From: Candidatus Methanoperedenaceae archaeon | Lineage (GTDB): Archaea > Halobacteriota > Methanosarcinia > Methanosarcinales > Methanoperedenaceae | DNA: 15,615 nucleotides | Direction: 5' to 3' | Assembly: GCA_963753595.1 (NCBI GenBank) | Contig: CAVWCX010000016.1 | Location: forward strand, 1-15,615 | Shown: positions 8,457 through 15,615 of the stretch, in pieces | Numbering within the stretch: position 1 is the stretch's first letter | Layout of the letters: every line of letters starts with the position of its first letter | Program-made: the position numbers and the translations under genes | Notes under the pieces: generated by a model | What the model was told of the DNA's origin: nothing | Database searches by the model: none | Seen by the model: the letters and a program-made list of their open reading frames with translations, nothing else

Positions 8457-9146
8457 TTATACCACCTTGATCTGGGGTGTTGTTTCACCTATTACATATA
8501 CATAATCTTCAATTGTATCAAATTCACTTTCATTGGATATGGATACCATGTTCGTTCCTGATCCTCTGACTTTTCGGATCTGCTTGATCTTCCCGATTTC
8601 GCCCGAATGTTCGCCGCCGACGATCATTGCAAGATTACCCTGTTTATAGGGTATGTGTTTTACGATCTTGTGGTTATTATCAAGAATTACAGTATCAAAA
8701 GTCTTGTAATCATTGGATGCAAGAACATTAGTACCGTCATGAAGGTTAAGCTGCACAGCTCCTTTTCTAACAATTGTTTTATTGTTTATCCTGCATAGCT
8801 TTCCAGCATTCGCATCTTCTTTGAACAGTTTGAACCTGTTCTTTGAATCAAAAAGAACGCGATAATATTCATTAGTAGCTGGTAATGATATTATATCGAA
8901 AAGACCGACCATGTGTTTATAGTCCGTTCTTACCACACCGTCTATGCAAATGTTCTTTTCATTAATTATCCTTTTAGCTTCCCTGGCATTGTTTGCGATC
9001 TTAAGGATGTCACGTACTACCACTAGAAGTGGAATACCTGTTTCGGTTGAGTGGGCTCCCGGATTAGCTCCAACTACCCAGTGAAATGTTTTTCTGGTAA
9101 TAGGCCATGATACGGGCGCTGATACTCTTTTCTGATGTGTTGCCAT
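8457..9146 (-). CDS. rps4e: 30S ribosomal protein eS4
   Basis: HQKRVSAPVSW, VGLFDIIS, QLNLHDG, GGEHSGEIGKI, YVYVIG. Confidence 0.97.
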   Translation of the reverse strand: MATHQKRVSAPVSWPITRKTFHWVVGANPGAHSTETGIPLLVVVRDILKIANNAREAKRIINEKNICIDGVVRTDYKHMVGLFDIISLPATNEYYRVLFDSKNRFKLFKEDANAGKLCRINNKTIVRKGAVQLNLHDGTNVLASNDYKTFDTVILDNNHKIVKHIPYKQGNLAMIVGGEHSGEIGKIKQIRKVRGSGTNMVSISNESEFDTIEDYVYVIGETTPQIKVV

Positions 9147-9488
9147 TTAATCACCCAAGCGTTTTTCATCTTTTGTTTCTATTTTCGTTATCATTACGTT
9201 CGAAGGTTGCACAGGTCTTGGCACTTCTGTGCCATCAGATTTTGTAACACTTACACCATCAACGGTAATTGTCATACTTGTAAGATTAACTACTGATACC
9301 TTTCCTTCTTTGCCTTTATGGTCTCCGCGCATTACTTTGACAGTATCTCCTGCACGAATGGGAATACTTTTGATTTTATGTTTTTCCCGGAGTTCAGGAC
9401 TTAATATCGCACCCATAAATTTATGTCTGATATGGAGAGGCGCCTGATACCTGGATTTCCTTTGTTTTCTTGGTTGTGTTGATACCAT
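9147..9488 (-). CDS. rpl24: 50S ribosomal protein uL24
   Basis: [23 protein letters not shown] (KOW), PSNVMI. Start is ATG 9488 after AGGTGA. Confidence 0.97.
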   Translation of the reverse strand: MVSTQPRKQRKSRYQAPLHIRHKFMGAILSPELREKHKIKSIPIRAGDTVKVMRGDHKGKEGKVSVVNLTSMTITVDGVSVTKSDGTEVPRPVQPSNVMITKIETKDEKRLGD

Positions 9489-9497
9489 TTTTCTCAC

Positions 9498-9896
9498 CTA
9501 CACTATTATCGAAGCTGCGGATGAAATTTTAGAATAGCGTTCCGCTGCTTCCCTGGCTACAGGTCCTTTTATTTCCGTACCCTTGGGCACGCCTTCATCA
9601 TCTACGATCACTACTGCATTATCTTCAAAAGAAACCCTCATTCCATCGGGGCGCCTGAATTCTTTTTTCTGGCGTATTATAACAGCTTTGAACATCTGTT
9701 TCCTTGTTTCCGGGGTTCCTTTTTTTACACTTACGATAAGAGTATCTCCAACACCGCCGCGAGGATATCTGTTCCTGACACCGCGATATTTCAATACCGA
9801 TATGACTTCTACAATTCTTGCACCTGTATTATCAGCAACTTCCATTCGAGCCGCTGTGTTTATGGCGCGGGGTATTTTTGCCTTCATCCCTCTCAT
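9498..9896 (-). CDS. rpl14: 50S ribosomal protein uL14
   Basis: [36 protein letters not shown]. Confidence 0.98.
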   Translation of the reverse strand: MRGMKAKIPRAINTAARMEVADNTGARIVEVISVLKYRGVRNRYPRGGVGDTLIVSVKKGTPETRKQMFKAVIIRQKKEFRRPDGMRVSFEDNAVVIVDDEGVPKGTEIKGPVAREAAERYSKISSAASIIV

Positions 9897-10216
9897 TTTT
9901 GCACCTCTATTATTACATAGGATTTTGTCTTACTCAAAGGGCGGCATTCAGCAATCGTTACTTTTGCCCCTTCTTCTGCATTCATGCAGGGAGGGTTATG
10001 AGCATGTACTTTGGTTTTTCTTTTCTCGTATCGCTCATATTTTGTGTTCTTTTTCACATATGTTCTCTGCACGACCACTGTTTTATCCATTTTGTCGCTT
10101 ACAACTACTCCACTTAATACCTGCCCTCTGACCGGCAGGTTTCCATGAAATGGACAATTTGGGTCTATGCATTCTTTTGTTGGCGGTTGAACATCCAACC
10201 CAATATCACGTGTCAT
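9893..10216 (-). CDS. rps17: 30S ribosomal protein uS17
   Basis: [34 protein letters not shown]. Confidence 0.98.
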   Translation of the reverse strand: MTRDIGLDVQPPTKECIDPNCPFHGNLPVRGQVLSGVVVSDKMDKTVVVQRTYVKKNTKYERYEKRKTKVHAHNPPCMNAEEGAKVTIAECRPLSKTKSYVIIEVQK

Positions 10217-10229
10217 TATTATACCTCTT

Positions 10230-10542
10230 TTATTTCCTGAATTTCTTCTTGAATTTTGTCTGGATTCTGTTTTCGGGTTGCGAGAGCAATAATCTTCCGT
10301 CGACTTTTAGTGTTAAAGGCAAGTAACGTTTGCCGTCAACTGACGGAATTGTGAATATAAAAGATGAACAGGATTTTGGAATGTTTTTTTCCTGGACATC
10401 AGTTTCTATGGTCAATAAATTCTTTGTTTCATTAACTATTCTTCCCTCAATTCCGATGAGGGATCATGTTCGTGCTGTCCACTACTGTTGTATCAAGACC
10501 TATGAGTTCATGGTGTATGATATTGTGTGGGGTCAGCTTCAT
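10230..10542 (-). CDS. rnp1: Ribonuclease P protein component 1 (Rpp29/POP4), with an apparent 1-nt insertion at about 10464-10467
   Basis: ATG 10542 overlaps the rpl29 stop (TAATG) and reads [25 protein letters not shown]. After skipping 1 nt it continues [17 protein letters not shown]...IPK...VDGRLL..QPENRI. The span is 313 nt = 104 codons + 1. Canonical position between rpl29 and rps17. Confidence 0.9.
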
Positions 10543-10742
10543 TATTTATTTTTCTCCGTCTGGATCGTTTTGATCCTTGCTATCGTTCTTTTTAGTTCTT
10601 TCATCTTTCCCGGACTTTCAGGAGCGCCGCCTGCTGAAGCAATAGCGCGTTCCCTGATCAGCTCCATTAATATTTTGTCCAGTTCCTCTTGCCTCTCATC
10701 ATTATTCATTTTCCGTATTTCATCACTTCTCAATATTGCCAT
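10542..10742 (-). CDS. rpl29: 50S ribosomal protein uL29
   Basis: [27 protein letters not shown]. Confidence 0.97.
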   Translation of the reverse strand: MAILRSDEIRKMNNDERQEELDKILMELIRERAIASAGGAPESPGKMKELKRTIARIKTIQTEKNK

Positions 10743-10744
10743 GA

Positions 10745-11587
10745 CTACTCCTCCGTCTTATGAGTGCGTGATGCCGGATGCCAGTAATCATATTCAGCAT
10801 GTTTATGTTCTAAAACATCGCCATGCATCCTTTCTTCGATATTACCGGTATGGATTTCTTCAGAAACTGTTTCCTTTTTTGTTTCAGATTCTGGTTTTAC
10901 ATTATCTGGTTTTGGCGCAACAGGTGCAGCCTTTACGAGTTCTTTGATACCTTCCGGTTTCTTTCCCGCAACTGCAGCTTCCTGTGGTGCTGTAATCTCT
11001 ATGAGCTTGAACCTGCCAGGGAGTTTAACGCTTGGCCGGATCAACCGTACACGGCATCCGATAACTCCAAGTTTCTTTATCGCAATGGCAAAGCCCTTAT
11101 CAACCAGTTCCATTGCAGGGTTACCTGCATGGAGCATATTACCAGCAACGAATTTTTCAGTTCTCTTCCTGGGGCCTGTCAATTTGCCGGCAATATCAAT
11201 TTCGCATCCTAAAGCTCCGGATTCCATTATTCTTCTCAGCATATTATGGCCGGCTTTCCTGAAGTAGAGACCGCGTTCGATTGCTCCTGCTAATCTTGAT
11301 GCCATCATCTGGGCGTTCAGTTCAGGGATTTTTACTTCCTGGACATCTATTTGCGGATTATCAACACGGAAAACCGTTTCAAGGTCATGTGTAAGCTTGT
11401 GTATTGTCCTTCCGCCTTTTCCGATTATCATTCCAGGCTTTTCAGCAAAAATTGTCACCTGGGTGCCCATTGGGGTCCTGTTGATATTCATGCCTCCATA
11501 ACCTGCTCTTTCCAATTGTTTTGAAAAGTATTCTGCCATCTGGGTTTTGTCAAACCCGTTCTTGACGAATTTTTTTTCAACGCCCAT
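10745..11587 (-). CDS. rps3: 30S ribosomal protein uS3 with a C-terminal extension
   Basis: RAGYGG, KH motif [30 protein letters not shown]. About 85-aa extension ending in a His-rich motif. Confidence 0.98.
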   Translation of the reverse strand: MGVEKKFVKNGFDKTQMAEYFSKQLERAGYGGMNINRTPMGTQVTIFAEKPGMIIGKGGRTIHKLTHDLETVFRVDNPQIDVQEVKIPELNAQMMASRLAGAIERGLYFRKAGHNMLRRIMESGALGCEIDIAGKLTGPRKRTEKFVAGNMLHAGNPAMELVDKGFAIAIKKLGVIGCRVRLIRPSVKLPGRFKLIEITAPQEAAVAGKKPEGIKELVKAAPVAPKPDNVKPESETKKETVSEEIHTGNIEERMHGDVLEHKHAEYDYWHPASRTHKTEE

Positions 11588-12033
11588 TATTGCACCTCTG
11601 CTATCATTTCTACTGTAACTGTTTCCTGTCTTTTGGGCGTAGCTCTTCCCTGTGCTCTTGGGAACTGACCCATATAAGTATGGCCCTTCTTTGTTTCTAC
11701 ATGAACAATCCTCATGGATTCCGGATCAAGGCCTTTGTAGGTGGCATTACTTTGTGCATTTTTTATAATACATAAGAATTCCTTGGCAGCTTTCTGCGGG
11801 TATCTGCCACTACACATTCCTTTCCTGTGGGGGATATTCCGTGTGAATCTTTTATAAGGTACAGCCTGTTTCAATACAGCTACATTTTCAAGAAATTTCT
11901 GCGCAATATCGAGTTTCATGCCTTTGATCGCTGTTGCGATCTCATGTGCCTGTTTTCTTGAAATATGAAGTTCCTTTCCCATAGCCTTAGATGTTTTTTC
12001 AGGCGCGGGTTCAATAGAGAAATTTAATTTCAT
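11587..12033 (-). CDS. rpl22: 50S ribosomal protein uL22
   Basis: AVPYKRF, GRYPQKAA, NAQSNA, PRAQGRA. Start is ATG 12033 (track uses GTG 12042). Confidence 0.97.
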   Translation of the reverse strand: MKLNFSIEPAPEKTSKAMGKELHISRKQAHEIATAIKGMKLDIAQKFLENVAVLKQAVPYKRFTRNIPHRKGMCSGRYPQKAAKEFLCIIKNAQSNATYKGLDPESMRIVHVETKKGHTYMGQFPRAQGRATPKRQETVTVEMIAEVQ

Positions 12034-12038
12034 GTAAA

Positions 12039-12452
12039 TCACTTCAATGGAACGAATTTGCTTGATTTTGTTGCACCGATACCTGCTGCGCCGTGAGAAA
12101 CTTTCTTTCGGGTAAGCACAAATTCACCGAAATAATGACCCATCATCTCAGGGATAATATCGATAGGCACGAACTCTTTGCCGCTATGGATCGCGATTTT
12201 CAAGCCAACCATTTCAGGAAGGACTATCATGTCCCTCAAGTGCGTCCTGATATTCTGGTCTTTTATTTTGACTTTATGCAGTAATTTTTTATGATCCTCT
12301 GAAAATCCGCGCTGCATAGTGCGGCGTTGTCTTGAGGGAACAAGCAGTGCAAACTCATCATGACTTAATTTTTTGAGATCCTCTACGGATTTCCCTCTGA
12401 ATGTGAATTCACCCTTTCTCTTTGGTATTTTCGATGATTCTTTTCTTGCCAT
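12039..12452 (-). CDS. rps19: 30S ribosomal protein uS19
   Basis: [39 protein letters not shown]. Confidence 0.98.
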   Translation of the reverse strand: MARKESSKIPKRKGEFTFRGKSVEDLKKLSHDEFALLVPSRQRRTMQRGFSEDHKKLLHKVKIKDQNIRTHLRDMIVLPEMVGLKIAIHSGKEFVPIDIIPEMMGHYFGEFVLTRKKVSHGAAGIGATKSSKFVPLK

Positions 12453-12457
12453 TTAAC

Positions 12458-13168
12458 TCACCTCTTTCCTGTCCTTCTTGCGGCAATAGAGCCGACTTTT
12501 CTTCCGGGCGGCGTGCCCCTTGCTACGGTCTTTGGTCTTCCAGGGTGCTGGCGTCCTCCGCCTCCGAACGGATGGTCAACGACATTCATTGCTACACCCC
12601 TGCTTCTTGGCCATTTGCGTGCCCTTACTTTCATCCTGTAGAATTTCTTTCCTGCCTTGACGAACGGCTTCTCGGTACGTCCGCTTCCTGCGACGACCCC
12701 GATGGTTGCCCTGCATTTCGGATTAAGCCATTTCATCTCTCCACTTGGTAATTGCACTACGGTCTTGCCCACATCATGCGCAACAAGGATCCCGTACATG
12801 CCTGAGGCGCGGGCGAATTTCCCACCGTCGCCAGGCTGTGACTCTACATTACAGATAGGTATTCCTTCAGGGATTTCTGCCAGTACCAGGGTATTTCCCG
12901 GTTCCACCGGAGCTGAAATGCCGCACTGTATTGTCTGGTTGACTTCTGTGCCTTCAGGGATAAGCATCAGGCGTTCCTGCCCGTTGTCGAATGATATGCG
13001 GGCAATAGGAGCCGAGCGTGCTGTATCATGTATTATTTCAAGCACTTTTCCAGTTACGATTCCTTCTTCCACTTTCAAATGCATTAGATTCGCTTTGAAT
13101 TTATGAGACGGTGCTGTATATGTAGGAGAACCTTTTCCCCTACTCTGACCCATTACTCTTTTTCCCAT
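12458..13168 (-). CDS. rpl2: 50S ribosomal protein uL2
   Basis: HDTARSAP, PGDGGKFARASG, RGVAMNVVDHPFGGG, PPGRKVG. Confidence 0.98.
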   Translation of the reverse strand: MGKRVMGQSRGKGSPTYTAPSHKFKANLMHLKVEEGIVTGKVLEIIHDTARSAPIARISFDNGQERLMLIPEGTEVNQTIQCGISAPVEPGNTLVLAEIPEGIPICNVESQPGDGGKFARASGMYGILVAHDVGKTVVQLPSGEMKWLNPKCRATIGVVAGSGRTEKPFVKAGKKFYRMKVRARKWPRSRGVAMNVVDHPFGGGGRQHPGRPKTVARGTPPGRKVGSIAARRTGKR

Positions 13169-13177
13169 TTTCTCACC

Positions 13178-13423
13178 TTAGAATATTCCTAGCCTTGAAG
13201 CAAGTTCTGTCGCAGTGTTTGGGTCCGCGAAACTCACAATGGCTTTCTTTTTTCCTTTTGAGGTCATCATCATATTGACGCTTGCCACTTTTACTTTAAA
13301 AAGTGTCTCAATTTCTCTTTTCACATTGGTTCTACTGTCATTGGTATCAACGATGAACTGGAGAACATTGTTATTTTCAGCCATCAGCGTTGCTTTTTCT
13401 GTGACATAAGGATGCTGTATCAT
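13178..13423 (-). CDS. rpl23: 50S ribosomal protein uL23
   Basis: [29 protein letters not shown]. Confidence 0.97.
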   Translation of the reverse strand: MIQHPYVTEKATLMAENNNVLQFIVDTNDSRTNVKREIETLFKVKVASVNMMMTSKGKKKAIVSFADPNTATELASRLGIF

Positions 13424-14173
13424 TGCATTTTCTCCTCGAGTTTTGATATTGCTGACTCGGTATATATTGTCAGGCGTCCTGCATGCGTTCCAGGAGCCAG
13501 TAATTCTGCATTGAGCTGATCATAATTTACTACATCAACACCTGCAAGATTGCGTGCAGCCTTGACTACACCTTTGTCTTCAGCGGTGACGATAAGAATA
13601 CTTTTTGGCTGTTTATATCGCCTGCCTCTGAGCTTGCCTTTGCCTGCGCGTACTCTGGTGTGTTTTGCTCTAATGATATCATCGTACAAATTGGCTGCCT
13701 CAAGGAATGATTTTACATCCTTTGTTCTTGTCAGGGCGCTAAGTTCATCAGCAACGACAAAAGGCAATGATGCAGAGAACTGATGTCCTCTCTTTTTGAC
13801 AAGTTCAAGATTTCCGGTCGCAGCAACCGCTGATCTTATAGCTTTCTTTCGCTCCTTGTCGTTTATCTTTTCAGTCCTGTCAGTTTCAGGCTTGGGAGGA
13901 TGTGCCTCTCGGCCTTTAACAGCCTGTGGGATCCTTGCTGCCTTGCTGCCATTCATAAGTCTGGCGACACGTGATACGCCTCTGCCTGGTCCCCACCCTT
14001 CAGCTGATGTCCTCATTCCCGCATACATATGCGGCCCATAAGGCTGCATGCGATTCGCCTGAGCTGCCAAGTACTGCTTTCTTAATTAGGTCGGGTCTGT
14101 ACGGCTCATCGAACAGTGTTGAAGTAATTTTTTTCGTAGATTTTCCAGATAAATCAATTATATTCAAATCCAT
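13420..14173 (-). CDS. rpl4: 50S ribosomal protein uL4, with an apparent 1-nt insertion at about 14067-14071
   Basis: The N-terminus [10 protein letters not shown]...[13 protein letters not shown] (frame of ORF 14000..14197, ATG 14173) joins [11 protein letters not shown]...WGPGRGVSR...[12 protein letters not shown]...[13 protein letters not shown] (ORF 13420..14070). The span is 754 nt = 251 codons + 1. Confidence 0.95.
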
Positions 14174-14177
14174 GGGA

Positions 14178-15193
14178 TCACCCCTGTTTTGACTCAAGGC
14201 TTATATACGTTATTTCAGGTGCCTGGCCCTTTGATTGTTTCTTTGGTCTGATAGCGGGTCGCATGCGGACTAATCTCTTGACCGGTCCTGGTACGCTTCC
14301 CTTTATAATAACATAATCATTTCTGACAATACCGTAATTTACGAATCCGCCTTCCGGGGTAACGTTCTTTCCCATCTTTACCCATCTGCATGATCCTCTT
14401 GTTAAATTCGGTTCTCTGGTGGTATCCTGTTTGTCCCAGTTGTGGAACTCTCCAGCTTACATGTGATGGATGCCACGCTCCGAGCGTACCGATCTCCCTT
14501 ACACTTCCTGCTCTAGAATGTTTGGCTTTTCTGGAGCTGGATACCCCAGCGTTTTACCGGCCCCTGTACTCCTTTTCCGATTGTTATACCAACAAGATCT
14601 ATAACATCACCATTATTGAATACATCGTTGATATTGATATTTTTCCCGAGAAGACCTTTTGCATACTGGAAACGTGCCATTATATCAGTCCCACCGATAC
14701 TGTTCTCCATGATCTCCGGTTTTTTCTTGGGAATTCCTGTTACTTTGTCGGGCATTGTGTACATTACTACCCTCAAATCCTTTGCTACACCGTCTTTGAT
14801 AAGCTGCTCGATCTTTGCAATAGCTGCTGGCAAGTCATTTTTCTTTGGCATCGTCATTGCCCTGTTGAGTTCTTTATCAAGCTCGGTCGTCCAGGCTTCT
14901 GCGATCGCAGAAGCGCCATAAGTGCTACTATTATATAGCCTGATAGCTGCTACTTTCATTGCAGGAACTTCCATAATTGTTACCGGTACTGAAATCTCCA
15001 TCCCGTTCGTTAAACTGTTTGGGATCTCATCTCTCATTATGAGATGTGTCATACCGGCTTTGTACCCTGCAAATCCTAAAAGCTTTGGCTCTTTTTGTAC
15101 AGGCCATGCTCTCACACGAGGTACTTCGCTTCTTGCTCTAACGCGCGGACTGAATCCAATAGAACCGCGTCTTGGTCTGTGCGGATGTGACAT
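14178..15193 (-). CDS. rpl3: 50S ribosomal protein uL3, with two apparent 1-nt insertions (about 14527-14530 and 14368-14373)
   Basis: Three consecutive segments in three frames: HRPRRGS...GYKAGMTH...[17 protein letters not shown] / [20 protein letters not shown]...[15 protein letters not shown]...GKDG / [13 protein letters not shown]...GSVPGPVKR. The span is 1016 nt = 338 codons + 2. Strong AGGAGG SD before ATG 15193. Confidence 0.95.
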
Positions 15194-15426
15194 TTTTTCC
15201 TCCTTTTCGATAATATATAAATTAATACGTGGGAATATTTTTACGGCAAGTGCAAACCCTTTCAGGTTATTGCAAATATGTCTTCACAAATAGATTTTGA
15301 CTTACACGCATTTTACAGGCATACGATAACCGCATTGGCCTTTTGCAATTCATCAAATCCGACTTTGATCGACTTCAACTTGCGTAATCTATACGCATCG
15401 TACTTTACGCCTTAAATGAATAAGAA

Positions 15427-15442
15427 GTATATAATGTTTTGG
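15427..15442 (-). promoter_or_regulatory. Candidate BRE/TATA promoter of the r-protein operon
   Basis: Minus strand CCAAAACA-TTATATAC. Predicts a start site near 15404, about 210 nt upstream of rpl3. Confidence 0.5.
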
Positions 15443-15503
15443 TGATTAAACAGGAAAAATAACGCTGTACTTCAGGCAAATATTCCCTATTCGCAGGGCT
15501 TGA

Positions 15504-15519
15504 GATAAAGCTTTTTATA
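15504..15519 (+). promoter_or_regulatory. BRE/TATA promoter of tRNA-Gly
   Basis: GATAAAG-C-TTTTTATA ends 26 nt before the mature tRNA 5' end (15546), the expected archaeal spacing. Confidence 0.65.
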
Positions 15520-15545
15520 CCTTTTAGACTATCTACAAACTACTT

Positions 15546-15615
15546 GCACCGATGGTCTAGTGGCTATGACTTTAGCCTTCCAAGCTAATAACTCGGGTTC
15601 AAATCCCGATCGGTG
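15546..15615 (+). tRNA. tRNA-Gly (anticodon TCC), 3' end cut off by the window edge
   Basis: Acceptor stem GCACCGA / TCGGTG[C]; D arm GTC-TAGTGGCTAT-GAC; anticodon arm TTAGC-CT TCC AA-GCTAA (TCC at 15579-15581); T arm TCGGG-TTCAAAT-CCCGA. No intron. Confidence 0.96.

Noticed and set aside
10447-10449. Premature TGA in rnp1 read as selenocysteine, or as an RF2-like shifty stop
   Set aside because: The downstream half is in another frame, and the conserved SLIGIEG motif begins before the stop. The frame change must occur upstream of it.
10230-10742. Absence of a SUI1/aIF1 gene between rpl29 and rnp1
   Set aside because: A direct rpl29-rnp1-rps17 order is common in Methanomicrobia and Halobacteria, so this is not unusual.
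14513-14515. Premature TAG in rpl3 read as pyrrolysine
   Set aside because: The conserved uL3 sequence continues in a different frame, starting upstream of the TAG. Read-through would not restore the protein.
13420-15193. rpl3 and rpl4 as true pseudogenes or split genes
   Set aside because: These are essential single-copy proteins. The sequence is otherwise undegraded, and single-base removals give normal lengths.
2176-15293. Many plus-strand ORFs (e.g. 9583..10131, 10330..10947, 12657..13106, 14390..14938, 14922..15293) and the alternate-frame ORF 2248..2574
   Set aside because: All overlap well-supported conserved genes. Their composition (rich in F, S, P, I, L) is that expected from antisense reading of Lys/Glu/Gly-rich genes, and they show no domains.
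15546-15615. tRNA-Gly as an integration (att) site or intron-containing tRNA
   Set aside because: The anticodon loop is a normal 7 nt with no bulge-helix-bulge. No duplicate of its 3' end occurs in the window, and the downstream sequence is not visible.

Overview
Archaeal housekeeping locus. Protein sequences, GGTGA-type Shine-Dalgarno (SD) sites and BRE/TATA promoters point to Methanosarcinales; a Ca. Methanoperedens/ANME-2d-like organism is my inference, not verified. Most of the window (15193 to 2181, minus strand) is the archaeal S10-spc ribosomal protein superoperon: rpl3, rpl4, rpl23, rpl2, rps19, rpl22, rps3, rpl29, rnp1 (Rpp29), rps17, rpl14, rpl24, rps4e, rpl5, rps14, rps8, rpl6, rpl32e, rpl19e, rpl18, rps5, rpl30, rpl15, secY. 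A divergent tRNA-Gly(TCC) lies at the right edge, cut off by the window end. At the left a plus-strand unit (65-aa hypothetical ORF, 2[4Fe-4S] ferredoxin, geranylgeranyl reductase) converges on secY. rpl3 (twice), rpl4 and rnp1 each carry single-base insertions, most likely sequencing errors. I see no convincing new multi-gene system. The best leads are a structured ~210-nt candidate rpl3 leader RNA, a MITE/REP-like structured element between ggr and secY, a His-rich tail on uS3, an HhH domain fused to eL32, and the small ORF upstream of the ferredoxin-GGR pair.
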